Positions 39,116 through 48,235 of a DNA stretch of 64,000 bases are shown piece by piece. Location: sequence record OL436245.1; one strand, given 5' to 3'. How positions within the stretch are numbered: the stretch's first letter is position 1; each line of letters starts with the position of its first letter. The notes beneath the pieces are model-generated. The model was not told where the DNA came from and searched no databases. It saw only the letters and a list, made by a program, of their open reading frames with translations. The DNA is from Staphylococcus phage vB_SurM-PSU4. Made by a program: the position numbers and the translations under genes.

Positions 39116-39490
39116 ATGACAGAGGAAATGGTTTTATTACGAGATATTAAATCAAGGATAAAGTTGTTAGAAGACCATGATATTAAAAATACTTTAAGAA
39201 ATACATGGGATATTAAAGATAAAGCTGATTTAAATAAAGCTTCCATAGACGGTTTGTTTGAATATATTAAAACAATACCTGATTTTGAATACGAAAACTT
39301 TAAAATCATAAATGGAAATATAGAGAAAGTTTTAAAATATCTGGATGATGAGGTCAACCTTAAGGATAATAGAGATGAAAAGATTAAAGCTATAGTTAAA
39401 GATAAACTATCTAAACTAAGAGAATTAAATGGTAGTCCTGAATACAATGATACTGTTATTGATTTAATGAGATTGGTAGATATGTTATGA
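39116..39490 (+). CDS. Hypothetical protein (124 aa)
   Basis: Coupled start. Confidence 0.55.
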   Translation: MTEEMVLLRDIKSRIKLLEDHDIKNTLRNTWDIKDKADLNKASIDGLFEYIKTIPDFEYENFKIINGNIEKVLKYLDDEVNLKDNRDEKIKAIVKDKLSKLRELNGSPEYNDTVIDLMRLVDML

Positions 39491-39705
39491 ATAGAAACTT
39501 CAAGAGATTACTTAATCATGAACACAAAGAAATTAATAAAGCTACCTCTAAACAGATAGCTTTTATTAAGGAGTACAGTCTACATGAAGACATAGACTTT
39601 GACTCTCTAACAATTGATGAAGCTTTCGTATATATTAAAGAGATAGAAGACTTATGGATAGAGATAGAAGCAGAGTGCTACTGTGAAGATGTAGGAGATA
39701 GATAA
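39487..39705 (+). CDS. Hypothetical protein (72 aa)
   Basis: Overlapping start. Confidence 0.5.
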   Translation: MNRNFKRLLNHEHKEINKATSKQIAFIKEYSLHEDIDFDSLTIDEAFVYIKEIEDLWIEIEAECYCEDVGDR

Positions 39706-39782
39706 AAAAAATAAAAAAAATAGCTTTACTTATTTATCTTAGTATGTTAAACTATACAGGAAAGTAATGGAGGAGAATGGTT

Positions 39783-40175
39783 ATGAAGATTAAACAAAAG
39801 AAAGAATTAAACTTACCGCAGTTGATTGAGTGGGGATTTAATAATCCAGAGTTGGTAAAAGGCAAACTATATTTAACAAAAGAACATGACGAATACAGCC
39901 CTTATGTGCAGTTTTCTGTAGATGGTTACGGTGTTAGAACAAGTCAATCTATAAATAATAAAGACACTTTCACAGTCGAAGTCGAGGAAGTAGTTGATAG
40001 TGATACTGTTCTAGACAATATTTATACAGTAAACGTAGAAGTAGGTACTAGTCATACTACTTACTATAAAAGTAAAAGTATTGATGATGTAAAAACCGAT
40101 GAAATTAATATAATTTACACAATACTCAAAGAGGAAGCTATAGTTTTGTGGGATTCTCAGGGAGGTTTTAGGTAA
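39783..40175 (+). CDS. Hypothetical protein (130 aa)
   Basis: ATG after GGAGGAG; the track's start at 39777 is upstream of the RBS. Confidence 0.55.
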   Translation: MKIKQKKELNLPQLIEWGFNNPELVKGKLYLTKEHDEYSPYVQFSVDGYGVRTSQSINNKDTFTVEVEEVVDSDTVLDNIYTVNVEVGTSHTTYYKSKSIDDVKTDEINIIYTILKEEAIVLWDSQGGFR

Positions 40176-40840
40176 TGGGAAAACTTAAAGATATGACAAA
40201 CTATAAATTTAACGGATGCACTGTTTTAAAAAGAGCTGAAAACAAAGGAAAGAACGTTTGTTGGCTGTGTAAATGTTATTGTGGCAAAGAATTTGTAGTT
40301 AGAGCTACTGATATACGAACTGGAAACACTAAATCATGTGGTTGCTTAAATAAAAAGCTGTCAGGGGACAGAGCAAGAAAACATGGTAATAGAGAGAGTA
40401 GACTATATACTATTTGGAACAATATGAAGATGAGATGTATCAATCCGAATAGTATAAGTTTTAAAAATTATGGCGGTAGAGGTATTAAAGTTTGTGATGA
40501 TTGGATTAATTCTTTTGAAAACTTTTATAAATGGGCAATGAATAACGGATACGATAACACTTTAACACTAGATAGAATTAATGGTGATGGTGACTATGAG
40601 CCTAATAATTGCAAATGGTCAACTACGAAAGAACAACAAAACAATAGAGGAAACAATAATATCTTAGTCTATAAGGATAAAGAGCATACGTTAGCGGAAT
40701 GGTCTGAGATAACAGGCATTCCTTATGACACTTTGTGGACAAGAATTAAAAGAGGTTGGAGCGTAGAGAAGTCTTTAACAGAGCCATTGAGGGGTAAAAA
40801 AGAATTAATCTGGACACACGATAAAGGGCTGGTGGAGTAG
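40175..40840 (+). CDS. HNH-family homing-endonuclease-like protein with an N-terminal Cys cluster
   Basis: CWLCKCYCGKEF...GNTKSCGC (the same cluster as in the 29996 protein), followed by RINGDGDYEPNNCKW (HNH_3-type motif). Confidence 0.7.
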   Translation: MGKLKDMTNYKFNGCTVLKRAENKGKNVCWLCKCYCGKEFVVRATDIRTGNTKSCGCLNKKLSGDRARKHGNRESRLYTIWNNMKMRCINPNSISFKNYGGRGIKVCDDWINSFENFYKWAMNNGYDNTLTLDRINGDGDYEPNNCKWSTTKEQQNNRGNNNILVYKDKEHTLAEWSEITGIPYDTLWTRIKRGWSVEKSLTEPLRGKKELIWTHDKGLVE

Positions 40841-41203
40841 ATGATTAAGTTTAGAGCGTATCTAAAAGGAACAGGAATCATTGTAGATGTACAAGAGATT
40901 AATTATAAATATAAAGAGATTGCATATGAAAATGGAAAATACACAGAAGTAGCAGATTTTAAGGATATTATACTCCTCCAATCCACAGGGCTTAAAGACA
41001 AGCATGGTGTTGAGGTGTTTGAGGGAGATGTTGTTAAAACAAAATACGGTGAACATGGTAGACACATTGGTGTAGTCAAATACGGCAGTGCAAAATTTTA
41101 TTCAGAAGGTGTTAAACAGTATTTGTCATGGCATGAAGATTTAAACGGACTTTTTGAAATACTAGGCAACAAATACGAACACCCACATTTACTAAAGGAG
41201 TGA
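40841..41203 (+). CDS. Hypothetical protein (120 aa)
   Basis: Coupled start. Confidence 0.55.
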   Translation: MIKFRAYLKGTGIIVDVQEINYKYKEIAYENGKYTEVADFKDIILLQSTGLKDKHGVEVFEGDVVKTKYGEHGRHIGVVKYGSAKFYSEGVKQYLSWHEDLNGLFEILGNKYEHPHLLKE

Positions 41204-41209
41204 TGGCGA

Positions 41210-41395
41210 GTGGAATTATTAAAACCCTGCCCCTTTTGTGGAGGTCGTGCAGATTTAAGTTATAGTTTCGACAAAGCTTTAGTTGAATGTACTAACACTA
41301 AATGTAAATTACAACCTTCTACATGGTTACACGTTAAAACAGATAGCGTAGATAAGTTAGTTAAGATATGGAACACACGAAATTACGAGGAGTGA
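41210..41395 (+). CDS. Lar-family restriction-alleviation-like zinc-ribbon protein (61 aa)
   Basis: LLKPCPFCGG...VECTNTKCK matches the conserved LKPCPFCGG / C-x-N-x-x-C signature of the Lar (Rac prophage) restriction-alleviation family. GTG start inside a duplicated initiation element. Confidence 0.5.
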   Translation: MELLKPCPFCGGRADLSYSFDKALVECTNTKCKLQPSTWLHVKTDSVDKLVKIWNTRNYEE

Positions 41396-41400
41396 TTAAA

Positions 41401-41610
41401 ATGGCTACAGATAAACAAGTAAAGTATGTTCAATCATTACAAGCACAGTATTATGACAGCGATATATCTGAAGAAGGTATGTTATCAAAAACTGAAATAA
41501 AGATGATGAGTAATGAAGAAGTGAGTAATAAAATACACGAACTCAAAAAAGGGATAGCACAAGATGAACTGTTTAATGAGTGCATGAGTTATGGATTACC
41601 TAATCAATAA
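41401..41610 (+). CDS. Hypothetical protein (69 aa)
   Basis: ATG after GGAGTGA. The track's extended start at 41368 overlaps the upstream gene. Confidence 0.5.
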   Translation: MATDKQVKYVQSLQAQYYDSDISEEGMLSKTEIKMMSNEEVSNKIHELKKGIAQDELFNECMSYGLPNQ

Positions 41611-41624
41611 AGGAGTGATGGCGA

Positions 41625-41966
41625 GTGAGAATAGATGTCAAAAGAGATAGAGTAACAATGTCTGAAAATGAATATAGACAAGTAATGAATGAACTTAATC
41701 AATACAAAAAAGCTTATCAACACTGTGTGGATGATTTAATCGTCTTGCGTGCAAATAATAAACGTTTGGAACGAGAGAACGGGGAGTTACAGGAGTTCTA
41801 TAGAGACCTTAGGGTTAAATGTTATCGCTATCAAGAATCGTTTGAAGTAATAGAAGATAGATACACCACCCTAACCAATCACATACGGACAAAAGCAGAA
41901 ATGAACCCAGGGGTAAGTCGTTATATAGATTTGGTTAACTACATTGATAGATTGGAGCGTGATTAG
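41625..41966 (+). CDS. Hypothetical coiled-coil protein (113 aa)
   Basis: GTG start inside the second copy of the duplicated initiation element. Confidence 0.55.
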   Translation: MRIDVKRDRVTMSENEYRQVMNELNQYKKAYQHCVDDLIVLRANNKRLERENGELQEFYRDLRVKCYRYQESFEVIEDRYTTLTNHIRTKAEMNPGVSRYIDLVNYIDRLERD

Positions 41967-42194
41967 ATGGCATATGGGTATGAAGAAGTAATAAAAAAAG
42001 AATTAGAATTTACTGACTTAGACAACATGGATAATTATGGTGCTATGTTAAAAGAACTGGAAGGTGTTTATCGTAAAGCAAAGGCTTTTGATGAAGTGAT
42101 TAAAAAAGTTAAAACAGAATTTGTTTCACAGGACTTAGCAGACGATATACGTACATTGGTATATGACTATGAGTACGACAAGGAGGATGAATAG
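41967..42194 (+). CDS. Small protein (75 aa), paralog of the next gene
   Basis: MAYGYEEV...YRKAKAFDEVIKK matches MAYAYEKE...YKKARAFDEILS. Confidence 0.55.
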   Translation: MAYGYEEVIKKELEFTDLDNMDNYGAMLKELEGVYRKAKAFDEVIKKVKTEFVSQDLADDIRTLVYDYEYDKEDE

Positions 42195-42195
42195 A

Positions 42196-42414
42196 ATGGC
42201 GTATGCGTATGAGAAAGAAAATATTAGAAAATTAAATAGTTATAACGTTCTATCAGGCGGAACCAACATTACAAAACCAATTGACGAAATACAAGAAGTC
42301 TATAAAAAAGCACGAGCTTTTGATGAAATATTAAGTATAACCCAACTTCAGCACGAAGAAGAATATGCAGAAGATGTTATAAGCGTTATTGATAAATACA
42401 AGGAGGACGAGTAA
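42196..42414 (+). CDS. Small protein (72 aa), tandem paralog of the previous gene
   Basis: ATG at 42196 follows AAGGAGGATG. The track's longer start at 42163 overlaps the previous gene. Confidence 0.5.
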   Translation: MAYAYEKENIRKLNSYNVLSGGTNITKPIDEIQEVYKKARAFDEILSITQLQHEEEYAEDVISVIDKYKEDE

Positions 42415-42663
42415 ATGTATTCTTTAATAGAGCTTGAAAAGGTATATGCCAACCTCAAAGAAGGTATGAGTAAATTTCACGATTTTAAATTCGATACTTT
42501 ACTGATAGTTGCAGCGATAACATTAGGAACTAATCATATTTGTAAAGCTATAAAAAATATCGAAACTAGAAACGATTCTGTAAGAAAGTATATTGATAAA
42601 ATAGATTTTGATGACGATAATATTATGGGTAGACAAGGAGGTTTATATGATAGTTATATATAA
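42415..42663 (+). CDS. Hypothetical protein (82 aa)
   Basis: Coupled start (TAAATG). Confidence 0.5.
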   Translation: MYSLIELEKVYANLKEGMSKFHDFKFDTLLIVAAITLGTNHICKAIKNIETRNDSVRKYIDKIDFDDDNIMGRQGGLYDSYI

Positions 42664-43375
42664 TGAGAAAAGTACACAAAGTAAATATATACCTAGATTG
42701 TTTAAAGAAACTCATGGTATATCAGATATAGAAAAAGAACCTATCAGGTATGTAGACAATGAACAATATATTTTAATCGGTTTCATTTATAAAGAAGGTA
42801 AGTTTGATTACTTTAAGAACAAGAATACTTATTTTATTACTAATATAGGTACAATGCCTCAAGGATTTAATACTGTAGGAGAAGATAAGAAACATTATAG
42901 TATCATTCATCAATTACTTTATTTAGATTTACTTGAAGGCAGTAAAGAACTTAAGAGAGTAGCACTAGAACACGATAATTACTTTAACTTTTTAGAATAC
43001 AATCAAAATATTCAAAGTTTTATTTCGGATAATAACCCAATTAAGCTTGACGAATTAATAGAAAAGTGTTATTATAGTAATATAGGTGATAAACATATCT
43101 ATTTATTATATGAGAATGACCCTAAACTTAAGATATTATTAGCACACGAAGCACTTAAAAATACAAGTGGTTTATTTATTACTGTTTCACAAACTAGAAG
43201 TAATAATGACATCTTAACTATTTATATGAAAGACGTAGACAAAGCTAAAGTGTGTGAAATATTTAACTTAGACTGTCCAGAACATTCAAATATTGTAAGT
43301 ATGTTTATACCTAGTCACATTAACGTATTAGGAAATCAAATAAAAAGATTTATGGAGGAGAATAATGAAGTTTAA
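42646..43375 (+). CDS. Hypothetical protein (about 243 aa)
   Basis: ATG at 42646 follows CAAGGAGG. The track's start at 42608 has no RBS. Confidence 0.55.
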
Positions 43376-44609
43376 CACAGTAGAAGAAGTATATGCAGTC
43401 GTCTTTGGTGTCTTATTAAGAGATGAAGGTAAGATTGTATCATCTAAATTCAATAAGATTATCAATGAGCTAGGATTAGATAGAGTAAGAGCAAAGGAAA
43501 TACAAGAGATTTATAATGAAATCGATGCTGATAATTATTTAGCAGATATTAAAGAACAAGCAATTGATGGTGAGATTACTTTAGATACAGTAGAAGGAGT
43601 TACAGGTGACAAACCTTTTGAAGATAAAAAACTCGTAGATACTGTATCTAGTTATGTTGTAGATAACAAGCGTAGGTTAGCCGAACTAAGAGAGGTTAGG
43701 AAACAACAAGAACCTCATGCTTATACTACAATACTCATGCAAGATTTAAGAGAAGATTTTAAGTCTATTGAAGAACCTATTTTAGACAGAGAACCAGGTA
43801 TTACTATTAAAGAATCTAATGATAAAGAATTAGTTGTATTATTGAGTGATACTCATATCGGTTACCAGTTCAAAGATTCTAAAACAGGTGGATATAACTT
43901 TGAAATCTTAAAAGAACGTATGCAACACTTTGTTAATAAAACAGTGAAAGAAATATTGGAAAGAGATATTCGTAATGTTACAATATATTTTGTAGGAGAC
44001 CTTATCGAACACGTTTCAATGAGAAATGTAAACCAAGCATTTGATACAGAGTTTACTTTATCAGAACAAATTACAAAAGGTACTAGATTATTGATTGATG
44101 TAATCCAACAAATTAGTGATGTAACTGAAGGTAACTTGAAGTTTGGTATGATTGGTGGAAATCATGACCGTTTACAAGGTAATAAGAATGAAAAGATTTA
44201 CAATGATAATGTAGCTTACATTGTTTTAGATACACTACTTAATCTACAAGAATTAGAGTTATTTAATGGTATTGAAATTATTGATAATAGAGATGATGTA
44301 TACACAATTGAAGACCAAGTATGTGGTAAGAATATTATTGTAAATCATGGAGATACACTTAAAGGTAATGTAAACCATATTCCTAAGTTTATTAAAGACC
44401 AAGTGTTTGATATTCTTATTACAGGACACGTTCACCATCTTAAAGTTAAACAAGAAGATTACACAAGACAACACATTACAGTAGGTAGTACGATTGGTTA
44501 TAACACATATAGCAAAGAACTTAACTTATCTCGTACAGCACCTTCTCAACAATTATTATTCTTAGAACATAATTCAGATGATATTGAACTTAAAACAGTT
44601 TATTTGTAG
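43365..44609 (+). CDS. Calcineurin-like metallophosphoesterase with an N-terminal extension
   Basis: VLLSDTHIG, GDLIEH, GGNHDR and TGHVHH motifs. Confidence 0.75.
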   Translation: MKFNTVEEVYAVVFGVLLRDEGKIVSSKFNKIINELGLDRVRAKEIQEIYNEIDADNYLADIKEQAIDGEITLDTVEGVTGDKPFEDKKLVDTVSSYVVDNKRRLAELREVRKQQEPHAYTTILMQDLREDFKSIEEPILDREPGITIKESNDKELVVLLSDTHIGYQFKDSKTGGYNFEILKERMQHFVNKTVKEILERDIRNVTIYFVGDLIEHVSMRNVNQAFDTEFTLSEQITKGTRLLIDVIQQISDVTEGNLKFGMIGGNHDRLQGNKNEKIYNDNVAYIVLDTLLNLQELELFNGIEIIDNRDDVYTIEDQVCGKNIIVNHGDTLKGNVNHIPKFIKDQVFDILITGHVHHLKVKQEDYTRQHITVGSTIGYNTYSKELNLSRTAPSQQLLFLEHNSDDIELKTVYL

Positions 44610-44617
44610 GTGAGCAG

Positions 44618-44944
44618 ATGGAACTAATTAATATTGTTATATATGTTTTATTATTTGTCACAACAGTTAACACAGCTGTTCAAGTAACTACAGGACTAAT
44701 TGAAGAAAGGAAAGCTTTCCAAAGAACAGGAGAGAGCTTTCCTAAATGGACATACAGTTATACAATTATACCTCAGTTGGTATTTATTATTTCAGGGTGT
44801 ATTGTTTTGAGAATACCTACTACACCTTTATCATTTACATTTGACCATGTAATATGGGTAACAGTAGGTGCTTACATCTTATATACTATAAGTACTTTAT
44901 TAGGTAATTTAATTGTATCATTGTTACAGAAGAGAGATAAGTAA
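44618..44944 (+). CDS. Membrane protein (108 aa, 3 TM)
   Basis: Hydrophobic. RBS AGGTGAGCAGATG. Confidence 0.6.
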   Translation: MELINIVIYVLLFVTTVNTAVQVTTGLIEERKAFQRTGESFPKWTYSYTIIPQLVFIISGCIVLRIPTTPLSFTFDHVIWVTVGAYILYTISTLLGNLIVSLLQKRDK

Positions 44945-44974
44945 TTTGACTTATCTCTTTTTTTATGATATAAT
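44932..44974 (+). promoter_or_regulatory. Fused terminator and promoter: AGAGATAAG...CTTATCTCT hairpin with TTGACT in the loop, T7 run, TATAAT
   Basis: TTGACT at 44946-44951, 17-bp spacer, TATAAT at 44969-44974. Confidence 0.55.
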
Positions 44975-44994
44975 AGTTAGTGAGAGGTGAAAGT

Positions 44995-45534
44995 ATGGAA
45001 TTTAGTAACTTAAATATGGAAGAAAATAACCTAACAACACGTATTAGTGAGGGAGTATATTACTTTAAAGATGTTCCACAGTATTACATAGTTTATATTG
45101 AGGAATATGGAGAAGAATATGTGTTAGTTTATAGAGTGCAAGACCCTAAGTCCGATAAACCTACAAGAGCACATAAGAAAGTTTCTATTAATAAAACTGA
45201 TAAACTCTTACCAGGAGGAACAACATTAAGTGACTCTATTAGACATAGTGTAGGAGATAAGTATGAGTATAAAACTGTTTACGAAGACCCTTTATTTGCT
45301 TCTGTAGTTGTTCATAATGGTAGAGATACTATTACAGGTAAGTATGGTAAAGGTTTCTTTGAGCGTAGACCTGAAGGTAAGGTTTATAGTAACAAAGGAG
45401 CAAAACAAACAGGAGGAGACTACACAGGTGTGTTCATTTCCTTAGAAACAGTATCTTGGGTTAAGTCTTATGTTCCATTAGAAAGTGTTATTTCAGAGTA
45501 TCAGAGAATGGTGGAAGATAATATCAATGTCTAA
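44995..45534 (+). CDS. Hypothetical protein (about 179 aa)
   Basis: ATG after GAGAGGTGAAAGT. The track's start at 44980 precedes the RBS. Confidence 0.55.
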   Translation: MEFSNLNMEENNLTTRISEGVYYFKDVPQYYIVYIEEYGEEYVLVYRVQDPKSDKPTRAHKKVSINKTDKLLPGGTTLSDSIRHSVGDKYEYKTVYEDPLFASVVVHNGRDTITGKYGKGFFERRPEGKVYSNKGAKQTGGDYTGVFISLETVSWVKSYVPLESVISEYQRMVEDNINV

Positions 45535-46279
45535 GAAATTTTATGAAGCAGATATCAAGAAGGCAGTATTAAAAGAAAGACATTTATTCTATGATGATGG
45601 GATTACAAGTGATATAGATGATATTCGTATATATAATGAGAAAGCTATAGCACAAGGTAAGTGTATTATGGACTGTTTTGTATTAGATAAAAACGGACAT
45701 ACATTAGGTATAGAAATCAAAACAGAGAGAGATTCCACACAGAGACTGAATAAACAAATGTTTTACTATAGTCAAGTGTGTTCTTATGTATACGTACTCT
45801 GTCATGACAAACACTTACCTAAAGTAGAGAAGATTTTAAAAGACCATAACCATAATCATGTAGGTATCTTAAGTTATATAGAGTTTAAAGGTGAAGTTAT
45901 GATAGGTAAGTACAAGCAAGCAACATATAGCCCGCATAGAAATCCTTACCATTGTTTGAATATTTTATGGAAAAACGTATTACTTATTCTAATGAGGTAC
46001 GTAAGAGACCCTGTTACATTTAGAACAGGATACAATATTAATGCTCAAGGACACTCTTCAGGTGAAGGACATGCGAATAACTTAGCTTTCTCTAAGAAAA
46101 GAAATACAAAACCACAGATTATTAATGGTTTACTCAGTTATTTAGGATGGAATAATGCTTATAAACTCTTTACAAGAACTGTTATTTATGGTTATAATGA
46201 TAGATGGAAGATTGTTGAAGATAACTTCTTTAAAGCATTAAATACAGAAATGGGTGATATACTTGACAAAGAAAAATAA
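45527..46279 (+). CDS. Putative PD-(D/E)xK-family nuclease
   Basis: MDCFVLD...GIEIKTERD fits the D-(x)n-E-x-K core. ATG at 45527 (MSKKFYEAD). Confidence 0.5.
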   Translation: MSKKFYEADIKKAVLKERHLFYDDGITSDIDDIRIYNEKAIAQGKCIMDCFVLDKNGHTLGIEIKTERDSTQRLNKQMFYYSQVCSYVYVLCHDKHLPKVEKILKDHNHNHVGILSYIEFKGEVMIGKYKQATYSPHRNPYHCLNILWKNVLLILMRYVRDPVTFRTGYNINAQGHSSGEGHANNLAFSKKRNTKPQIINGLLSYLGWNNAYKLFTRTVIYGYNDRWKIVEDNFFKALNTEMGDILDKEK

Positions 46280-46721
46280 ACCTTTTGTTAACTATGCTCC
46301 CTTAGGAAATATGTTAGGTGTAAGTAACAAACCCTTATTTTATAAACGAAAGAAAGTAGAAATTAGTGATAGTGCTAAAACAATTAAGTATAAAATAGCT
46401 TTTGTTAAAGTATATAAAAATGTATCATCTAAAGATTTAAGTCTACAAAGAAAATATGCCTTAAATTTAATTACAGATTTCTTAAATATTAAAGAACAAT
46501 TCCTTACAGTAAGACAGCATAAGAAAACGGAAGATATTCTTCATACAGATAGGGTATATTATATAAGAAAAGGGAAGAAGTTGTTAGGTAAATGTAGTAT
46601 TAGAGAACAAAGAACATTTACTCAAACAAACTTAATTATTATCTTTAGATATAGGGTTAGAGTTTCTGGTAGGAAAGCTAGAAGTCTAACTAATGAATCT
46701 AAAGACCAAAAGAAAGGATAG
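46254..46721 (+). CDS. Questionable ORF encoding a very basic 155-aa protein
   Basis: The only ORF covering an otherwise 450-bp gap. No clear RBS. Overlaps the upstream gene by 26 nt. Confidence 0.3.
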   Translation: MIYLTKKNKPFVNYAPLGNMLGVSNKPLFYKRKKVEISDSAKTIKYKIAFVKVYKNVSSKDLSLQRKYALNLITDFLNIKEQFLTVRQHKKTEDILHTDRVYYIRKGKKLLGKCSIREQRTFTQTNLIIIFRYRVRVSGRKARSLTNESKDQKKG

Positions 46722-46731
46722 AATTAGAGTT

Positions 46732-47619
46732 ATGGATAAAACAGAAATGAAAAGTACAATTAAAGAAATGAAAATACAATCATTTTTAAATAAATTAAAG
46801 AAAAAAGAATTTGAAGTATTAGGTGTAAAAGTTATTAGTGATAATATGATAGAAGGTATTGTTAGTGACTCTTATATCTATGATGTATCTGATACAAGTA
46901 ACATAGAATTTACAAGTGTACTTAAAGTCCATGCTTCTGATGTAGATAGACTTAAAGACTTTATGTATATTGCAGAACAAACAGGTTTTGCAGATGTAAA
47001 TATGAACGAACTTTATGGACAACTTAATGTAGGGCAAGGTTTCTTAACTGCTCAAATTCTTAAAGACATGAAGACTTCAGAAAACTTTAGAGTGAGTATG
47101 AGACATCAGTTTGTTAATCCTACCGTAGAATATCAAGACTTCAAGATAGGTAAAGATAATAAATATCGTTTATACCGTATATATGAATCAGGTATTGTAA
47201 CTGATTTTAATGATGAAGATGTAGAATACACACATGGTGTAGAGATACTAACTACAGTACCAGAGTATGACGGAGAAACTTTATTAGGTAAATTATCCTT
47301 AGAAGAATCTCTAACACCTGCAAGTGCTAGAAACTTACTAATGTTGATTAGTGGTAATACAATTTTAAATAAAGAAATAGGTGGAGCTTATTATTCAGGT
47401 GAAGAACTTAGAGTAAACCTATTTAATATTAACTATAAAGGTATGCGTATTATTGTTAATCAAGAAGACCAAAGAGTATCTGTCTTAAGTAGTAATTCAT
47501 TTATTAACTTAGATTTAAGTAAATTAAAAAGTGCAGAAGTTATATCTAAAGCAGATAATACAAGATTTGAGTTAAACTTTAATTTTGGTAAAGAAAAAGA
47601 ACTAACAATTTATATTTAA
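46732..47619 (+). CDS. Hypothetical protein (about 295 aa)
   Basis: ATG (MDKTEMK). The track's start at 46693 is upstream with no RBS. Confidence 0.6.
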   Translation: MDKTEMKSTIKEMKIQSFLNKLKKKEFEVLGVKVISDNMIEGIVSDSYIYDVSDTSNIEFTSVLKVHASDVDRLKDFMYIAEQTGFADVNMNELYGQLNVGQGFLTAQILKDMKTSENFRVSMRHQFVNPTVEYQDFKIGKDNKYRLYRIYESGIVTDFNDEDVEYTHGVEILTTVPEYDGETLLGKLSLEESLTPASARNLLMLISGNTILNKEIGGAYYSGEELRVNLFNINYKGMRIIVNQEDQRVSVLSSNSFINLDLSKLKSAEVISKADNTRFELNFNFGKEKELTIYI

Positions 47620-47622
47620 TGC

Positions 47623-47651
47623 TTGACATCCCTCCTTAATTATTGTATACT
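47623..47651 (+). promoter_or_regulatory. Sigma-A-like promoter (TTGACA, 17-bp spacer, TATACT) overlapping a 12-bp inverted repeat that pairs with the downstream RBS
   Basis: CCTCCTTAATTA at 47631-47642 is the exact reverse complement of TAATTAAGGAGG at 47663-47674. Confidence 0.55.
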
Positions 47652-47681
47652 AAGAATATAATTAATTAAGGAGGTTTTTAT

Positions 47682-47915
47682 ATGTTTATGTATATTTTAA
47701 TATTCATGTTTTGTGCAGGTGTAGGAATATATCTAAGTAAAAAGATAGATGAGAATTGGGAAGATGGTTTATATGACCATTTATATTATGATGATGAAGA
47801 AGAATACTATGAGGAAGACGACTATGAGTCTGAAACTGAAGAAGTAACTTCTGAATATGAAACTAATTCAGAGTCTGAACTAAAGGATTTAGATGATATA
47901 GACCATACTAAATAG
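47682..47915 (+). CDS. Small protein with one N-terminal TM helix and a poly-acidic tail (77 aa)
   Basis: Sequence MFMYILIFMFCAGVGIYL followed by DDEEEYYEEDDYESETEE. Confidence 0.6.
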   Translation: MFMYILIFMFCAGVGIYLSKKIDENWEDGLYDHLYYDDEEEYYEEDDYESETEEVTSEYETNSESELKDLDDIDHTK

Positions 47916-48235
47916 TAATTTCATACACATAATTGTATAGTTAATAGTTATATATTTTGAAAATGGTTTTCACTTTAGAAATAAAAAATGAAAATGATTT
48001 AGAAAAGTTTTCTATTGTATATAGTGTGTATGTACGATATATACAGTTAAAAAATATACTACTTAGTGTACTTTTTTGAAGTGAGAGCTATTATTAATTA
48101 AAAACTGTAAAAAGTTGATATATTAATACTGAAAACTGAAATACTAAACCCTTTAGTATCAAGGATTTAAGGGTCATATTTAACTATAATTTTCAATTCA
48201 AAAAGTTTAACTATTATATTAGGAGAGTAAGGATA

